A stretch of 63,709 nucleotides of DNA, filler included, from an uncultured Methanosarcinales archaeon (lineage in GTDB: Archaea > Nanobdellota > Nanobdellia > Woesearchaeales > JAGLXL01), in NCBI GenBank assembly GCA_964472345.1. It is 3 parts of 3 records of this genome, joined end to end, with 100 filler letters (N's around TTAATTAATTAA, not from the genome) between each part and the next. Parts side by side here need not be neighbours in the genome. Positions count along the whole stretch, not along the records: positions 1 to 29,065 come from CAYYLB010000008.1; 2 more parts are not named here. One strand, given 5' to 3'. Position numbers and translations under genes: made by a program. How positions within the stretch are numbered: the first letter of the stretch is position 1; each line of letters begins with the position of its first letter. This document shows, in pieces, positions 1 through 12,482 of this stretch. The notes beneath the pieces were generated by a model. The model worked only from the letters and a program-made list of their open reading frames with translations. It did not search any database and had not been told where the DNA came from.

Positions 1-145
1 TTGGGGTTTATCCAAGCTTATAAATGGTTGGCGAAATAATTTCCGGACACGACATAGTTTCAATCGTCATATCAATCTATTAAATTACTAAACGGGGGGG
101 GAGCCGTCGCGTCCCTTCGGGACAGATAGTCTGCTTTGCAGGGTA

Positions 146-1174
146 TTATTTTGGTTGGAGTGTCCTAAAAGCAATTGTTTCTAGAATATCTGTTGAACCT
201 AATAGAAAACCAACAAATCGTTCAAATCCTATACCAAATCCCCCTCTTAATGGTGCTTTTTCTTGTTCAAACAGTGAAAGATACGGCCCAAATGTTACAT
301 CTGGATTAATATTTTTTTCTTTGAGAAATTTTCCAATCTTAGAATCAAACAAGTATTGTTTTACTTTTTCTACATTTTCTTCCCTCAAAGCTCCACCAAC
401 TGATTCCCCCAGTTTTGGTAAAAGAAGATCTACACTCAATGCACGTTTTCCGTCATGTGTTCTTTTCATGTTAAAGAATTTTATATGAGCCGGAAAGTGT
501 GTTACAAATGTTGGAGTATTGTTGAAATGTTTCAAAATTTCTCTTTCCTCTTTAATTCCTAAATCTGTGTCAAACTCGTATTTTTTACCATCTTTTGAAA
601 GAATTTTTAATGCTTCATCATATGTGATTCTATTAAATTTTGCCTTTGTTACTCTTTTGAGGTATTCTAAATCCCCGCCCAAAAATTTAATATCCCTTGA
701 AGCATCTTTCAGAATGGTGTTTGTGCTATTTTTTATTATTCTTTCTATAAGTTCAATCAATTCATTTAGTGCATTTTCTGGTTCTTTGTTTTCAAAGGGA
801 CCTTCAGGTTCAATCAATGTAAATTCTGAAAGCATTCTTCCCTTCTTTTCTGGGTCTTCGTAATCTTCAGCCCTAAAACTACTATTTACCGCAAAAATCT
901 TTCTCTTTAATCTTATGACTAAAGATTCTAATTGAAGTTGTGCACTTTGAGAAAGATATGCTTGTTTGCCGTAAAAATTTAGGCTAAAAGAAGAATATGG
1001 GTCCTCGCACGAGCCAGCAATATTTACCATAGAAGAAACGGAAACCTCTGTATATCCCTCATTTTGCAAAGCATTGCGTATCGCTTGCAAAGATGCTGAC
1101 CTTACATTAATTAATGCGTTAAACTTCTCTTTGCTAAACTGACCAAATCCTGTTTGGATAATATCATTGTCCAT
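146..1174 (-). CDS. AsnRS/AspRS-like catalytic-domain-only protein (archaeal asparagine synthetase A / AsnRS2-like)
   Basis: Class II aaRS motif 2 (FRAE..R.LSEFT) and motif 3 (GFGIGFERFV); no N-terminal OB anticodon domain; visibly AT-rich. Confidence 0.75.
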   Translation of the reverse strand: MDNDIIQTGFGQFSKEKFNALINVRSASLQAIRNALQNEGYTEVSVSSMVNIAGSCEDPYSSFSLNFYGKQAYLSQSAQLQLESLVIRLKRKIFAVNSSFRAEDYEDPEKKGRMLSEFTLIEPEGPFENKEPENALNELIELIERIIKNSTNTILKDASRDIKFLGGDLEYLKRVTKAKFNRITYDEALKILSKDGKKYEFDTDLGIKEEREILKHFNNTPTFVTHFPAHIKFFNMKRTHDGKRALSVDLLLPKLGESVGGALREENVEKVKQYLFDSKIGKFLKEKNINPDVTFGPYLSLFEQEKAPLRGGFGIGFERFVGFLLGSTDILETIAFRTLQPK

Positions 1175-1240
1175 ATTCCAAGTTTAATAGTTGAAGTTTA
1201 TAAATTAGTTGGCTTTCAACGGCGGCAACCCGTAACGCTG

Positions 1241-1274
1241 CGGGTTGAGCGAAGCGAAGCCCGCAGTGGTTCAC
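1241..1274. repeat. Palindromic REP-like repeat, copy 1
   Basis: 31/34 identical to 28513-28546; CTGCGGG/CCCGCAG stem around GAGCGAAGCG. Confidence 0.7.
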
Positions 1275-1530
1275 GAATTTATAATCTTTAAGATAGTCCG
1301 AAAAACATCGCTTAATCGCATACGTTCTCCAGGGCCTTCCCCACCCATGCCGCGCTGGTGAGAAAATGGCGCAAAACTGCGGCGCGCCATCGTCCTGACC
1401 GCTGGTCTCCCGGTCGTTTTGGTTCGGCATGAGTGGTCATCTGCCACTTAAAAGTGATTATCTTATCGGTGCCTGGGCTTCGCAACATTAAAAAACCTTC
1501 CCCGCTTTGTCCCAGGAAAAGAGGTGACGG

Positions 1531-2763
1531 ATGACAGAGTACAGTACGCTCGTGCAGTTTTTCATCGCGATTGCGCTCGGCGGGTTAATCGGGCTTGAGC
1601 GTGAGCACGCACAGGTGCACAAGAAGCTGCGCGGCTACGGCGGCATCCGGACATTTCCGCTCATCGCGCTGCTCGGCGCGCTTGCCGCGTATTTTGCGGA
1701 GACGGTGTCGTTCTGGATCTTCGTTGCGGCGTTCGTGGCGCTCGCAGTGCTGATCACGATCTCGCATTATGCCTTTGCAACGCAGCATGGGCGCATTGGA
1801 TTGACGACCGAGATGGCGGGGCTGGCGACGTTTTTCATCGGGGCGCTGAGCGCCCACGGCTTCATTCTCGTCGCGGTGACGCTCGGGGTGCTGATAACCC
1901 TCTTGTTGTATGAAAGGACAGGCCTGCACCTGCTCGTGTCGCGGATCCGGAAGGAGGAGCTGTATTCGACAATCAAGTTTGCGATCATCGCCTTCGTCAT
2001 CCTGCCGGTTCTGCCGGACCGTGCGCTCGGGCCGTTCGGCTTCTTCAATCCCCGCACCATCTGGCTCATTGTCGTGCTCGTTTCCGCTATTTCCTTCGGC
2101 GGCTACATCCTCATCCGCCTGATCGGGGAGCGGGGCGCCGCCGTTGCCGGTTTTTTGGGCGGATTCGTGAGCAGCACGGCGACGATGCTGTCGCTGGCGC
2201 AGCAGAGCAGGAAATCGCCGGGGCTTGCGACGCCGCTGTTTGGGGCGGTCGCTGCAAACCTGGCGATGATGCTCAAGGTCCTTTTTCTCGTTTTCCTGCT
2301 TAACCGGGAGGTTTTTCTGCGCATGCTTGTTCCGGTGGGCGCGATGATCGGTGCAAGCGTGCTGCTGCTTGCGCTCCTGCTCGGGAGGGTGGTGCGGGGC
2401 AGGCACGCGATCACGCTTCGCTCGCCATTCACGCTGAAGCCGGCGCTCCAGTTCGCGCTGATCTTCGCTGCGGTGCTGCTGGTGGTGAAATCCGCAATCG
2501 TCTATATCGGGCAGCATGGCGCGTACATCGTCGCGTTCCTTTCCGGAATGTTCGACTCGGATTCAGTGGTGCTGAGTGTGCTCCAGCTTGCGCCGGAAGG
2601 GCTTGCGGTCGCGAGCACAGCGGCGGTTCTTGCGGTGATCGCCAACACGTTTGCGAAGAGCGGGTGGGCGTTTGTTTTCGGCGAGCGCGTCTTCGCGGAG
2701 CGAGTGAGCATTGCATTTGCCTCAATCGCGCTGCTCGGGGCTGCCGCACTGGTGTTTTTTTAA
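1531..2763 (+). CDS. MgtC/SapB family membrane protein with DUF4010 domain
   Basis: GGLIGLERE..GGIRTF, GLTTE, GGFVSSTA motifs; many TM helices; SD GAGGTG. Confidence 0.9.
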   Translation: MTEYSTLVQFFIAIALGGLIGLEREHAQVHKKLRGYGGIRTFPLIALLGALAAYFAETVSFWIFVAAFVALAVLITISHYAFATQHGRIGLTTEMAGLATFFIGALSAHGFILVAVTLGVLITLLLYERTGLHLLVSRIRKEELYSTIKFAIIAFVILPVLPDRALGPFGFFNPRTIWLIVVLVSAISFGGYILIRLIGERGAAVAGFLGGFVSSTATMLSLAQQSRKSPGLATPLFGAVAANLAMMLKVLFLVFLLNREVFLRMLVPVGAMIGASVLLLALLLGRVVRGRHAITLRSPFTLKPALQFALIFAAVLLVVKSAIVYIGQHGAYIVAFLSGMFDSDSVVLSVLQLAPEGLAVASTAAVLAVIANTFAKSGWAFVFGERVFAERVSIAFASIALLGAAALVFF

Positions 2764-2851
2764 CTCTAAGCAACCCGACTGGTACTAACACAGTAACTTC
2801 TATGGCCGCCTGTATGGCAAAGAACCTAAAAAAAAGTAAAAAAGGAAAGAA

Positions 2852-3220
2852 TTATTTCCTGTTCGCGACCGCCCAGATCGACTTCAGGCTCACGATCACC
2901 GCTGCCGGCGCCACGAAGACGACGATGTTGCTCAGGATCTCGCTGATGGTGAAGCCGATGAGCGGAATCGCCCGCAAGTTCACCACGCCTGCCAGCGTCA
3001 GCGCAATGGCGGCAACGAGAAACGGAGTCGTCTCCTCCACGGTGATGTTGAGCAGCCCGACAACCACTCCGATCAGGAACAATGTGGTAATCAGCACGGT
3101 GGTGTCAAACTGGAAGAATGCCGTCACAACTGCGATGAACGCACCGGCGAGAAACGCCCAGTGGCCGATGTTGGCCAGCGAACTGCCCGCCCCACCTGTT
3201 TTTCGTACCATACCTATCAC
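2852..3220 (-). CDS. Small conserved archaeal membrane protein
   Basis: About 4 hydrophobic helices, VGLLNIT..E...FL pattern; SD GAGGTG near the start. Confidence 0.75.
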   Translation of the reverse strand: MIGMVRKTGGAGSSLANIGHWAFLAGAFIAVVTAFFQFDTTVLITTLFLIGVVVGLLNITVEETTPFLVAAIALTLAGVVNLRAIPLIGFTISEILSNIVVFVAPAAVIVSLKSIWAVANRK

Positions 3221-3349
3221 CTCTTGAGCCTGTGATTTCCTTGGGGTATTTAAAGGTTTTTAAGGCGCGGGGGGTTGTGCGATGCGAAGAGACATGCATC
3301 CTGCCGGCTCTTTGCCTGCTCCGTACCGTTGCGGCATGATCCAAAACCC

Positions 3350-3610
3350 TCAATAGAACTCAATCACTCCGGGCGTTTTCCTGGTTTCCGGGGACGCTGC
3401 CGGCGAAGCGGCTGTCGCCTGCTGCGGCTGATTGAACATATTCATCAGGCTGGCAGTGTCGGCCTGCGGCTGGACATCGGCCGACGGGGAATCAAAGATG
3501 TTCGCTGGCGCATTGGCCTTGAGCGGTTCGCTGGTGAGGTGGGAAAGGAGGGTGATGACACGCTTGATGTCCTCGGGGGAGTCCTCTTTGGTGTCGATGG
3601 TGATTTTCAT
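3350..3610 (-). CDS. Hypothetical protein
   Basis: 86 aa ORF with TATA-like TTTAAATA about 25 nt upstream. Confidence 0.7.
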   Translation of the reverse strand: MKITIDTKEDSPEDIKRVITLLSHLTSEPLKANAPANIFDSPSADVQPQADTASLMNMFNQPQQATAASPAASPETRKTPGVIEFY

Positions 3611-3618
3611 AGGATGGG

Positions 3619-3792
3619 CTATCTTTCTTTTTTATTTAAAGGTTTGCCGGATGCTGCTTTTGGCATCGCGGGTGCCGCGCTCTCCGGCTTCATCTTCGCG
3701 TACTGGAACGCCATGCTGATGCGGCCGATGACGACGCCAATGAGGAAGATAGCAAGGTAAATGAAGTATTGTTGTGTGGTTGGCATACCCAT
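3619..3792 (-). CDS. Small single-TM protein (57 aa, below the ORF-track cutoff)
   Basis: MGMPTTQQYFIYLAIFLIGVVIGRISMAFQY...; fills the gap between co-oriented genes. Confidence 0.6.
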   Translation of the reverse strand: MGMPTTQQYFIYLAIFLIGVVIGRISMAFQYAKMKPESAAPAMPKAASGKPLNKKER

Positions 3793-3818
3793 TATTTGTT
3801 TTGGCTGCTTAATAAAGA

Positions 3819-4208
3819 TTATCCTCGTTCGGAGTGCTCTTCAAAATACTTTCTTATGTATGGCTCAGTTTTCAGCTTCAGAATCTCTTCTCTTGTCGCC
3901 CACCGATAGGCGGTATGCTCGCCGCTGAGCCTCACATCGCCAACGGATCCTTCTGTTTTGTAGAGGATAAACCGGTGAGGGATCCCTCGGAGCACCATGT
4001 CGTAGGTTCCTGCAATGGCCGTCGCCGTGACATGCAGCCCTGTCTCCTCGAGGACTTCCCGCTCAACGCCCGCTCTCGGGTCTTCACCCTGCTCGAGCTT
4101 ACCGCCGGGGAAATCCCAGTGGCTTGGGAAGAATGTTGCCTTTGGCGAGCGGCGAAGGATCAGGAACCGTTCGCCTTTCTTGATGATGGCTTTCTGGATG
4201 AGCTTCAT
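3819..4208 (-). CDS. NUDIX hydrolase
   Basis: Nudix box GGKLEQGEDPRAGVEREVLEETGL. Confidence 0.95.
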   Translation of the reverse strand: MKLIQKAIIKKGERFLILRRSPKATFFPSHWDFPGGKLEQGEDPRAGVEREVLEETGLHVTATAIAGTYDMVLRGIPHRFILYKTEGSVGDVRLSGEHTAYRWATREEILKLKTEPYIRKYFEEHSERG

Positions 4209-4235
4209 TTTACCTGTATGGCTGTTGTAGGGTTT

Positions 4236-5027
4236 TTATCCGAAGCCGAATACTTTTTTTGCATTCTTCCAAATCTGCTCCTCCACCTCGCTCGCGCCGA
4301 GCTTCTTAATCTCCGCAATCTTCTTTATCGATTCCGTGATGAACGCGGGCTCGTTGCGCTTCTCCTTGTCCGCCGCAAGCCACGGCGCATCAGTCTCCGT
4401 AAAAAGCTGCTCGAGGGGGGCCATCCCGACGAGCATCTGGAAGTGGCTGGAGCGCATGAGCAGCGTCGGGACGGAAAAGGAATAGCCAAGCTCGATCGCT
4501 TTCTGGATCAGCTTCCTGTTTCCTTCGAAGGTGTGCAGGATGACCTGCTTGATGGTGCTTGACTGCAGCAGCTCAAGGCAGTCGGCCTCCGCCTTCCTTG
4601 TGTGGACGATGATGGGCCTGCCGAGCTTTTCGGTGTGGCCGATGATCTTCCGGAAGTTTGCCTTCTGCTGCTCATCATGCTCTTTCGTGAACTTACGGTC
4701 CATCCCGACCTCGCCGATCGCCGTTATTTCGTCCCGGTGCTTCTTGAAGAACGCGAATTCCGTGTCAATGTCGATCATGCCGGGATGGTGCGGCAGGCCG
4801 GTGGTGTCCGGCGTCAGGCCGAGCGCATCGAGCGGATAGATGCCTAAGGAGGCTTTCAGGATGGGATCTTTTTTCACGAACCTGAGCACGTCGCGGTTGG
4901 TCGGCGGGTTGACGCCGGAGACGATGAGGGCGCCGAAACCCACTGCTTTCGCGCGTGCGATCACCTGATCAATATCCTTCTTGAACAGCTCGTGCGTCAG
5001 GTGGCAGTGGGTGTCGATGAGAGGCAT
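4236..5027 (-). CDS. tatD: TatD family DNase
   Basis: IDTHCH, AIGEVGMD, IVHTR, ETDAPW motifs. Confidence 0.93.
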   Translation of the reverse strand: MPLIDTHCHLTHELFKKDIDQVIARAKAVGFGALIVSGVNPPTNRDVLRFVKKDPILKASLGIYPLDALGLTPDTTGLPHHPGMIDIDTEFAFFKKHRDEITAIGEVGMDRKFTKEHDEQQKANFRKIIGHTEKLGRPIIVHTRKAEADCLELLQSSTIKQVILHTFEGNRKLIQKAIELGYSFSVPTLLMRSSHFQMLVGMAPLEQLFTETDAPWLAADKEKRNEPAFITESIKKIAEIKKLGASEVEEQIWKNAKKVFGFG

Positions 5028-5028
5028 G

Positions 5029-5577
5029 TTACGTCTTCCGTCTGTATTCTTGTGCTAGGATGCTATACAGGAGGATGTTATGCCATTGTCTATACCGGAA
5101 CTGGGCGTGCCGTAAAATTCCTTCACGCCGTAATCCTGCTTTTTCCAGAACGCGAGCCGACTTTTTATTTTCTTCAAACAGCTTTGCCCAGATACGATGG
5201 AGTTTAAGCTGGTGAAAGCCAAACTGCAGGACGAGTTTTGTTGCTTCTGCGGTTAAGCCTTTTCCCCAATAGTCCTTGCCTATCCAGTACCCAAGTTCCG
5301 CATCATTATTCTTCCGCTCAACGTTGTTCAGGCCGATGCCGCCAATGACCTCATCAGTTTCCCTGAGGGCAATGCCGAAATGATAGGCCTTTCCGGCTTT
5401 CCATTCACGATGGCTGCGGCGGATGAATGCTGCCGCGGCGTTCTTCGGGTAGGGGTGCGGAACGGTCGGCATCCATCGCGCAACGGCCTTGTGCCGTATC
5501 CCCTGGTAGATGGAAGGAGCGTCCGCCGGCTGCAGCTTCCGGATGCGGATGCGCAGGCTTTCGAGCATGGATTGCAT
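5029..5577 (-). CDS. GNAT N-acetyltransferase, RimJ/RimL-like
   Basis: ELGYWIGKDYWGKG, N..S.RVLEKAG..REG; start moved to ATG 5577 because a TATA box lies at about 5600. Confidence 0.9.
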   Translation of the reverse strand: MQSMLESLRIRIRKLQPADAPSIYQGIRHKAVARWMPTVPHPYPKNAAAAFIRRSHREWKAGKAYHFGIALRETDEVIGGIGLNNVERKNNDAELGYWIGKDYWGKGLTAEATKLVLQFGFHQLKLHRIWAKLFEENKKSARVLEKAGLRREGILRHAQFRYRQWHNILLYSILAQEYRRKT

Positions 5578-5630
5578 AGCGGTGCAAGCAGGAGAGCGTT
5601 TAAAAGGGTTTTGGCCGCTCTTCCCGATCG

Positions 5631-6764
5631 CTAGGGAGCCCCATTGCATGGAACGATGACACTGCGCACGCGCGCCTGAAGATTCTTGTTTGCGGGGGCA
5701 ACGTCGCCTCCTGTGATGAGGCTGTTGAATTCACGTTGGAGCGCGAGGAAAGCTTCATGTTCCGGTTCAAATTGATATGTTTTCCGTTCTACTGGGTCAT
5801 AAACAAGATCAATTGAGCGCAAGCCGGTGGCGGTGCCTGTGAGAAAGGCAGCGGCCAGCCCCGCAAGCCCGTCGAGGGGGATGTCCTCTTCCTGAACCGT
5901 AAAGCCGAGATTTCTTGCCAGTTCAATGGCTGTTGCGCGGGTGATGCCGGGGAGGACATATTGTTGCAGTGGCGGCGTCACCAGCGTCGTGCGATCGGCA
6001 AAAGCAAAGAAGTTTGCACCCGTTGCCTCCTCGATATGGCGTGCGGTACTCATATCAGTAAGGAGCGCATCGTCAAACCTGACTACTCCATTTGCGGTTT
6101 GAAATGCGGTAGCTTGATTTTTCGCGAGTGATCCAAGGGCGTAGTTTGCGCCGCTTTTTATGCGTCGGATCGGATCAGCAACACCATCGGGGTGGACCAC
6201 TAACCTGAGGCCATCGGGCAGGTAGTCGCCCCATTCCAATACTTGAATAGAGAGTATAATATCATGCTGGAGGGAGTACACCCCAAGCTTTCCATCAGGA
6301 TGCGCTGCGCGGTAACAGAGGGGGCGAATGTATACCTCTCCTTTTTCTGGAGTGATTGTGCCTTCCTCGGCGTTTCGCCGGATCGCACTGAAGACGAGCT
6401 CCTTCAGCGTTTCCGTCGTAAAATCAGGAGGAATAAAAACATCATTTGCTGGATCATAAGGCTTCAATCGTGATTGGACGCTGGGCGGGATGCTGCCTGG
6501 CTCCAGGTTACTCGGTTTTTTGAGCCGTAACTCCTCCATCGAATGCAGGAATCGCTGGGCATTCCGCTCGAAGTTGATAACCGCAAGCTCGAGCACCCCC
6601 TCATTGAGAAGCGGCTGGTTGGGCTTTGCACGTATGCCTTCGAACACCGTCGTGCCATAATGGAGGGCATGGATAGTATGGGTGGGTGGAGCTTGTGGGC
6701 CTGATCCGAAGTGCTTGTAGACAATATATACCACATTTAACCCCCACGTGCCCGTGACGGGCAT
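5631..6764 (-). CDS. Class IV PLP aminotransferase (IlvE/PabC-like)
   Basis: LHYG..VFEGIRA, YIRP, K.GANY, EE.TGANFF, LPGITR, FLTGTA. Confidence 0.9.
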   Translation of the reverse strand: MPVTGTWGLNVVYIVYKHFGSGPQAPPTHTIHALHYGTTVFEGIRAKPNQPLLNEGVLELAVINFERNAQRFLHSMEELRLKKPSNLEPGSIPPSVQSRLKPYDPANDVFIPPDFTTETLKELVFSAIRRNAEEGTITPEKGEVYIRPLCYRAAHPDGKLGVYSLQHDIILSIQVLEWGDYLPDGLRLVVHPDGVADPIRRIKSGANYALGSLAKNQATAFQTANGVVRFDDALLTDMSTARHIEEATGANFFAFADRTTLVTPPLQQYVLPGITRATAIELARNLGFTVQEEDIPLDGLAGLAAAFLTGTATGLRSIDLVYDPVERKTYQFEPEHEAFLALQREFNSLITGGDVAPANKNLQARVRSVIVPCNGAP

Positions 6765-6838
6765 CCCTATAAAACCTTTTTGCTGCTCGAGCAGCCATTC
6801 AACAAACTATTTAAAGAAGCGCGCGCGACTCCGCCGGC

Positions 6839-7756
6839 ATGGAACCCGTCAAGGACATGGGTATCGGCGGCTCAACGACGCTGCGGGAGCTTCTTGAGCA
6901 GTTCGGCGCCGGCGGCGGATTCGTGGCGAAGCACGTCGCGGAGGGCGCTGCGCTCTTCGGGCGGATGCTCAAGGACAGGCAGTGCGTGAAGTTCCTCTCT
7001 TTTCCCGCGGCGCTCATCGCGACGGGATGCAGGGGCGTCATCAAAGACCTGGTCAAAAAGAGGCTCGTCGATGTGATCATCACCACCTGCGGCACACTCG
7101 ACCACGACATCGCGCGCTGCTTCAGGGACTACTACCACGGCAGCTTCGCGCTTGATGACGCGCAGCTGCACCGCAAGGGAATCAACCGGCTCGGAAACGT
7201 GCTGGTGCCGAACGGGAGCTACGGCATCGTCCTCGAGAAGAAGCTGCTGCCGATGCTTGCGGAGATCTATCAGGGGAAGAAGACGCTCTCGACGCGCGAG
7301 CTGTGCGGGGAGATCGGCAGGCGGCTGGACAACGAAGAGAGCATCCTGCACTGGGCAGCAAAGAACAGGATTCCCGTGTTCGTGCCGGGCATCACCGACG
7401 GCGCTGTCGGCAGCCAGGTATGGATGTTCCGGCAGAAGCATCCGGATTTCACGATTGATGTCTTCAGGGACGAGGAAGAGCTTGCGCGCATTGTCTTTGA
7501 CGCGAAGAAGAGCGGTGCGCTGATGATCGGAGGCGGCATCTCAAAGCACCACGCCATCTGGTGGAACCAGTTCAGGGGCGGGCTTGATTATGCCATCGCC
7601 ATCACGACCGCAGTCGAGTATGATGGAAGCCTGAGCGGTGCCCGCATCCGGGAAGCGATCTCCTGGGGCAAGGTGAAGGAGGACGCGACGCACGTGACGA
7701 TTGAGGGCGACGCGACAGTGCTGCTGCCGCTGGTGGTCGCACCCTTTTTGGCCTGA
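6839..7756 (+). CDS. dys: Deoxyhypusine synthase
   Basis: GINRLGNV, GGGISKHH, DGSLSGA...EAISWGK, GDAT. Confidence 0.96.
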   Translation: MEPVKDMGIGGSTTLRELLEQFGAGGGFVAKHVAEGAALFGRMLKDRQCVKFLSFPAALIATGCRGVIKDLVKKRLVDVIITTCGTLDHDIARCFRDYYHGSFALDDAQLHRKGINRLGNVLVPNGSYGIVLEKKLLPMLAEIYQGKKTLSTRELCGEIGRRLDNEESILHWAAKNRIPVFVPGITDGAVGSQVWMFRQKHPDFTIDVFRDEEELARIVFDAKKSGALMIGGGISKHHAIWWNQFRGGLDYAIAITTAVEYDGSLSGARIREAISWGKVKEDATHVTIEGDATVLLPLVVAPFLA

Positions 7757-7825
7757 TGGCGCTCCGAAATCAGAAACCGAAGACTATATATACCAGGAGC
7801 TGCGCGTTTGCGCGAGGTGTGACGA

Positions 7826-8263
7826 ATGACCATTGTTGGCGTGCATCTGACGAAGATTGCCGCGGAGAAGAAGCCCGCAGCAAACATCAGCAAGGTGGGG
7901 ATCAACAACAACATTTCCATCGCTGACATTGCCGAGAAAGACTTCTCGCTGGGGCAGGCGAAGCAGCTGGGGCTGCGGTTTGTGTTTTCTTTCATCTGCG
8001 AGTACTCGCCGGAGCTTGGCTCCATCACCCTGGGGGGAGAGGTGCTGTTCCTCGAAAAGGAGGAGAAGGTAAAGCAGATCCTGAAGGAGTGGAAGGACGG
8101 CAAGAAGGTCGCGGGCGATGTGATGCAGGCGGTGCTCAACGCAGCATTGCACCTGTGCAACATTGAGGCGCTGAAGCTCAGCCAGGACATCAGCCTGCCG
8201 AGCCCCATTCCGCTGCCCAAGGTCGAGCGGAAGCCAGCGAAGCCCGCATCAACGGCGAAATAG
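7826..8263 (+). CDS. Conserved archaeal hypothetical protein upstream of cdc48
   Basis: 145 aa ORF, SD GAGGTG, beta-rich N-terminal part and C-terminal LPSPIPLP. Confidence 0.8.
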   Translation: MTIVGVHLTKIAAEKKPAANISKVGINNNISIADIAEKDFSLGQAKQLGLRFVFSFICEYSPELGSITLGGEVLFLEKEEKVKQILKEWKDGKKVAGDVMQAVLNAALHLCNIEALKLSQDISLPSPIPLPKVERKPAKPASTAK

Positions 8264-8282
8264 CTTCTTAGCTACTTTTTAG

Positions 8283-11156
<2,874 letters not shown>

Positions 11157-11159
11157 CGC

Positions 11160-12482
11160 ATGAGCAGCGCCAGCCTTATGAAGTGGGCGACGAGGCCAAG
11201 CGCAGTGGTGCGCGAGGCGCCGATTTTTCTCTATTTCATGAGCCGGGGGCTGAGAGAGGCTGCTGTGATCCCGCTCGACAGGGAAAAATCAGAGTATTAT
11301 GTCGATCAAACTTCTTATGGCGAGGTGCTGCAGCTTCTTCTCAAGGAGATGCGCCAGGATCCGGAACGGCACCTGCAGGGCTATAAGGAATGCCGCGGAA
11401 CGCTCATCAGGAAGGCACGGGCTGTCGAGCGGAACCTCTCCGCTGGCGGGGAAACGCTCTGGACGTCCTATGATGAGTACTATCAGTTCAAGATGGGGGT
11501 ATTCAGCCGCTACCTCATTGATTCTTTTGCCGTCGATGAAATTCTCCTTCCCCACCTACGCGCAACATTTCCGGGGTATGTCGACGCCATCACGCGCATT
11601 GGCACGCCCATCCAATACCAGCAGATGCTCCTCATGCTTGCGTCGCACGCTGCCGAAGATGTCCGGAAGAGGTATGGCTGGCTCAACGTCTACAACTACA
11701 AGGAGGATGACTATCCCCTCAACCACTTCACTGAGCTGAAGGATGAGGCAGGCGCCCATGCGCATCAGATGCTCAAGAACATTGAGAAGAATGAAAACGA
11801 GTTTCAGGAGTTCATCGCAACGGTCCATGATCCTGTGCTCAGGAGAGATTGCATCCTGGCACACACCTACGCCTTCATCAAGACGGATCGGGTGGACTGC
11901 TGGAAGGAAGCGATGTCCTATGTGCGTGGGCTTTTCAGGAAGCTTGCACAGAAAGGGGGATGGACGATTGAGGAAGCAATTAATCTCACGCAGCAGGAAA
12001 TCAGGAGAATACTCTTGGAAGGAGTCTACCCCACGCTCGACGAGGTGAAGAGGCGCTCATCGAAACAGTGCATCTTTCACTTCACTCCCCATGGTATGGA
12101 GATTGTGTACGATCCTGGGAGGATACAGCAGCTGCGTGGGAGAGTGCAGCATGTCTTCTCTTCTTCCGTCAAGGGGGTTGCAGTATCGCAAGGGATTGCT
12201 CGAGGACGGGTAACGCTCGTCACCGACAAAAGCCACTTGCCCAACGTCACGCAAGGGGATGTGCTTGTTGCCATCTATACTACTCCGGAGTACCTTCCTG
12301 CGATAATGAGGGCAGCAGCGATTGTGACTGATGAGGGAGGGATGACATCGCACGCAGCAGTATTATCACGCGAAATGGGCAAGCCCTGCATCGTCGGAAC
12401 GAACAACGCCACCCGTGTCCTGAAAGACGGCGATCTCGTCGAGGTGGACGCGGACAGCGGAACGGTGAGGAAGCTCCCATGA
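11160..12482 (+). CDS. PEP-utilising enzyme mobile (phosphohistidine) domain protein
   Basis: C-terminal TDEGGMTSHAAVLSREMGKPC. Confidence 0.9.
   Translation: MSSASLMKWATRPSAVVREAPIFLYFMSRGLREAAVIPLDREKSEYYVDQTSYGEVLQLLLKEMRQDPERHLQGYKECRGTLIRKARAVERNLSAGGETLWTSYDEYYQFKMGVFSRYLIDSFAVDEILLPHLRATFPGYVDAITRIGTPIQYQQMLLMLASHAAEDVRKRYGWLNVYNYKEDDYPLNHFTELKDEAGAHAHQMLKNIEKNENEFQEFIATVHDPVLRRDCILAHTYAFIKTDRVDCWKEAMSYVRGLFRKLAQKGGWTIEEAINLTQQEIRRILLEGVYPTLDEVKRRSSKQCIFHFTPHGMEIVYDPGRIQQLRGRVQHVFSSSVKGVAVSQGIARGRVTLVTDKSHLPNVTQGDVLVAIYTTPEYLPAIMRAAAIVTDEGGMTSHAAVLSREMGKPCIVGTNNATRVLKDGDLVEVDADSGTVRKLP

Noticed and set aside
1164..1430. 88-aa ORF upstream of the AsnRS-like gene
   Set aside because: Overlies the palindromic repeat; no protein features
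1585..2517. Long antisense and alternate-frame ORFs (also 27088-28035, 29556-30716, 42219-43388)
   Set aside because: Shadows of GC-rich genes with no motifs of their own
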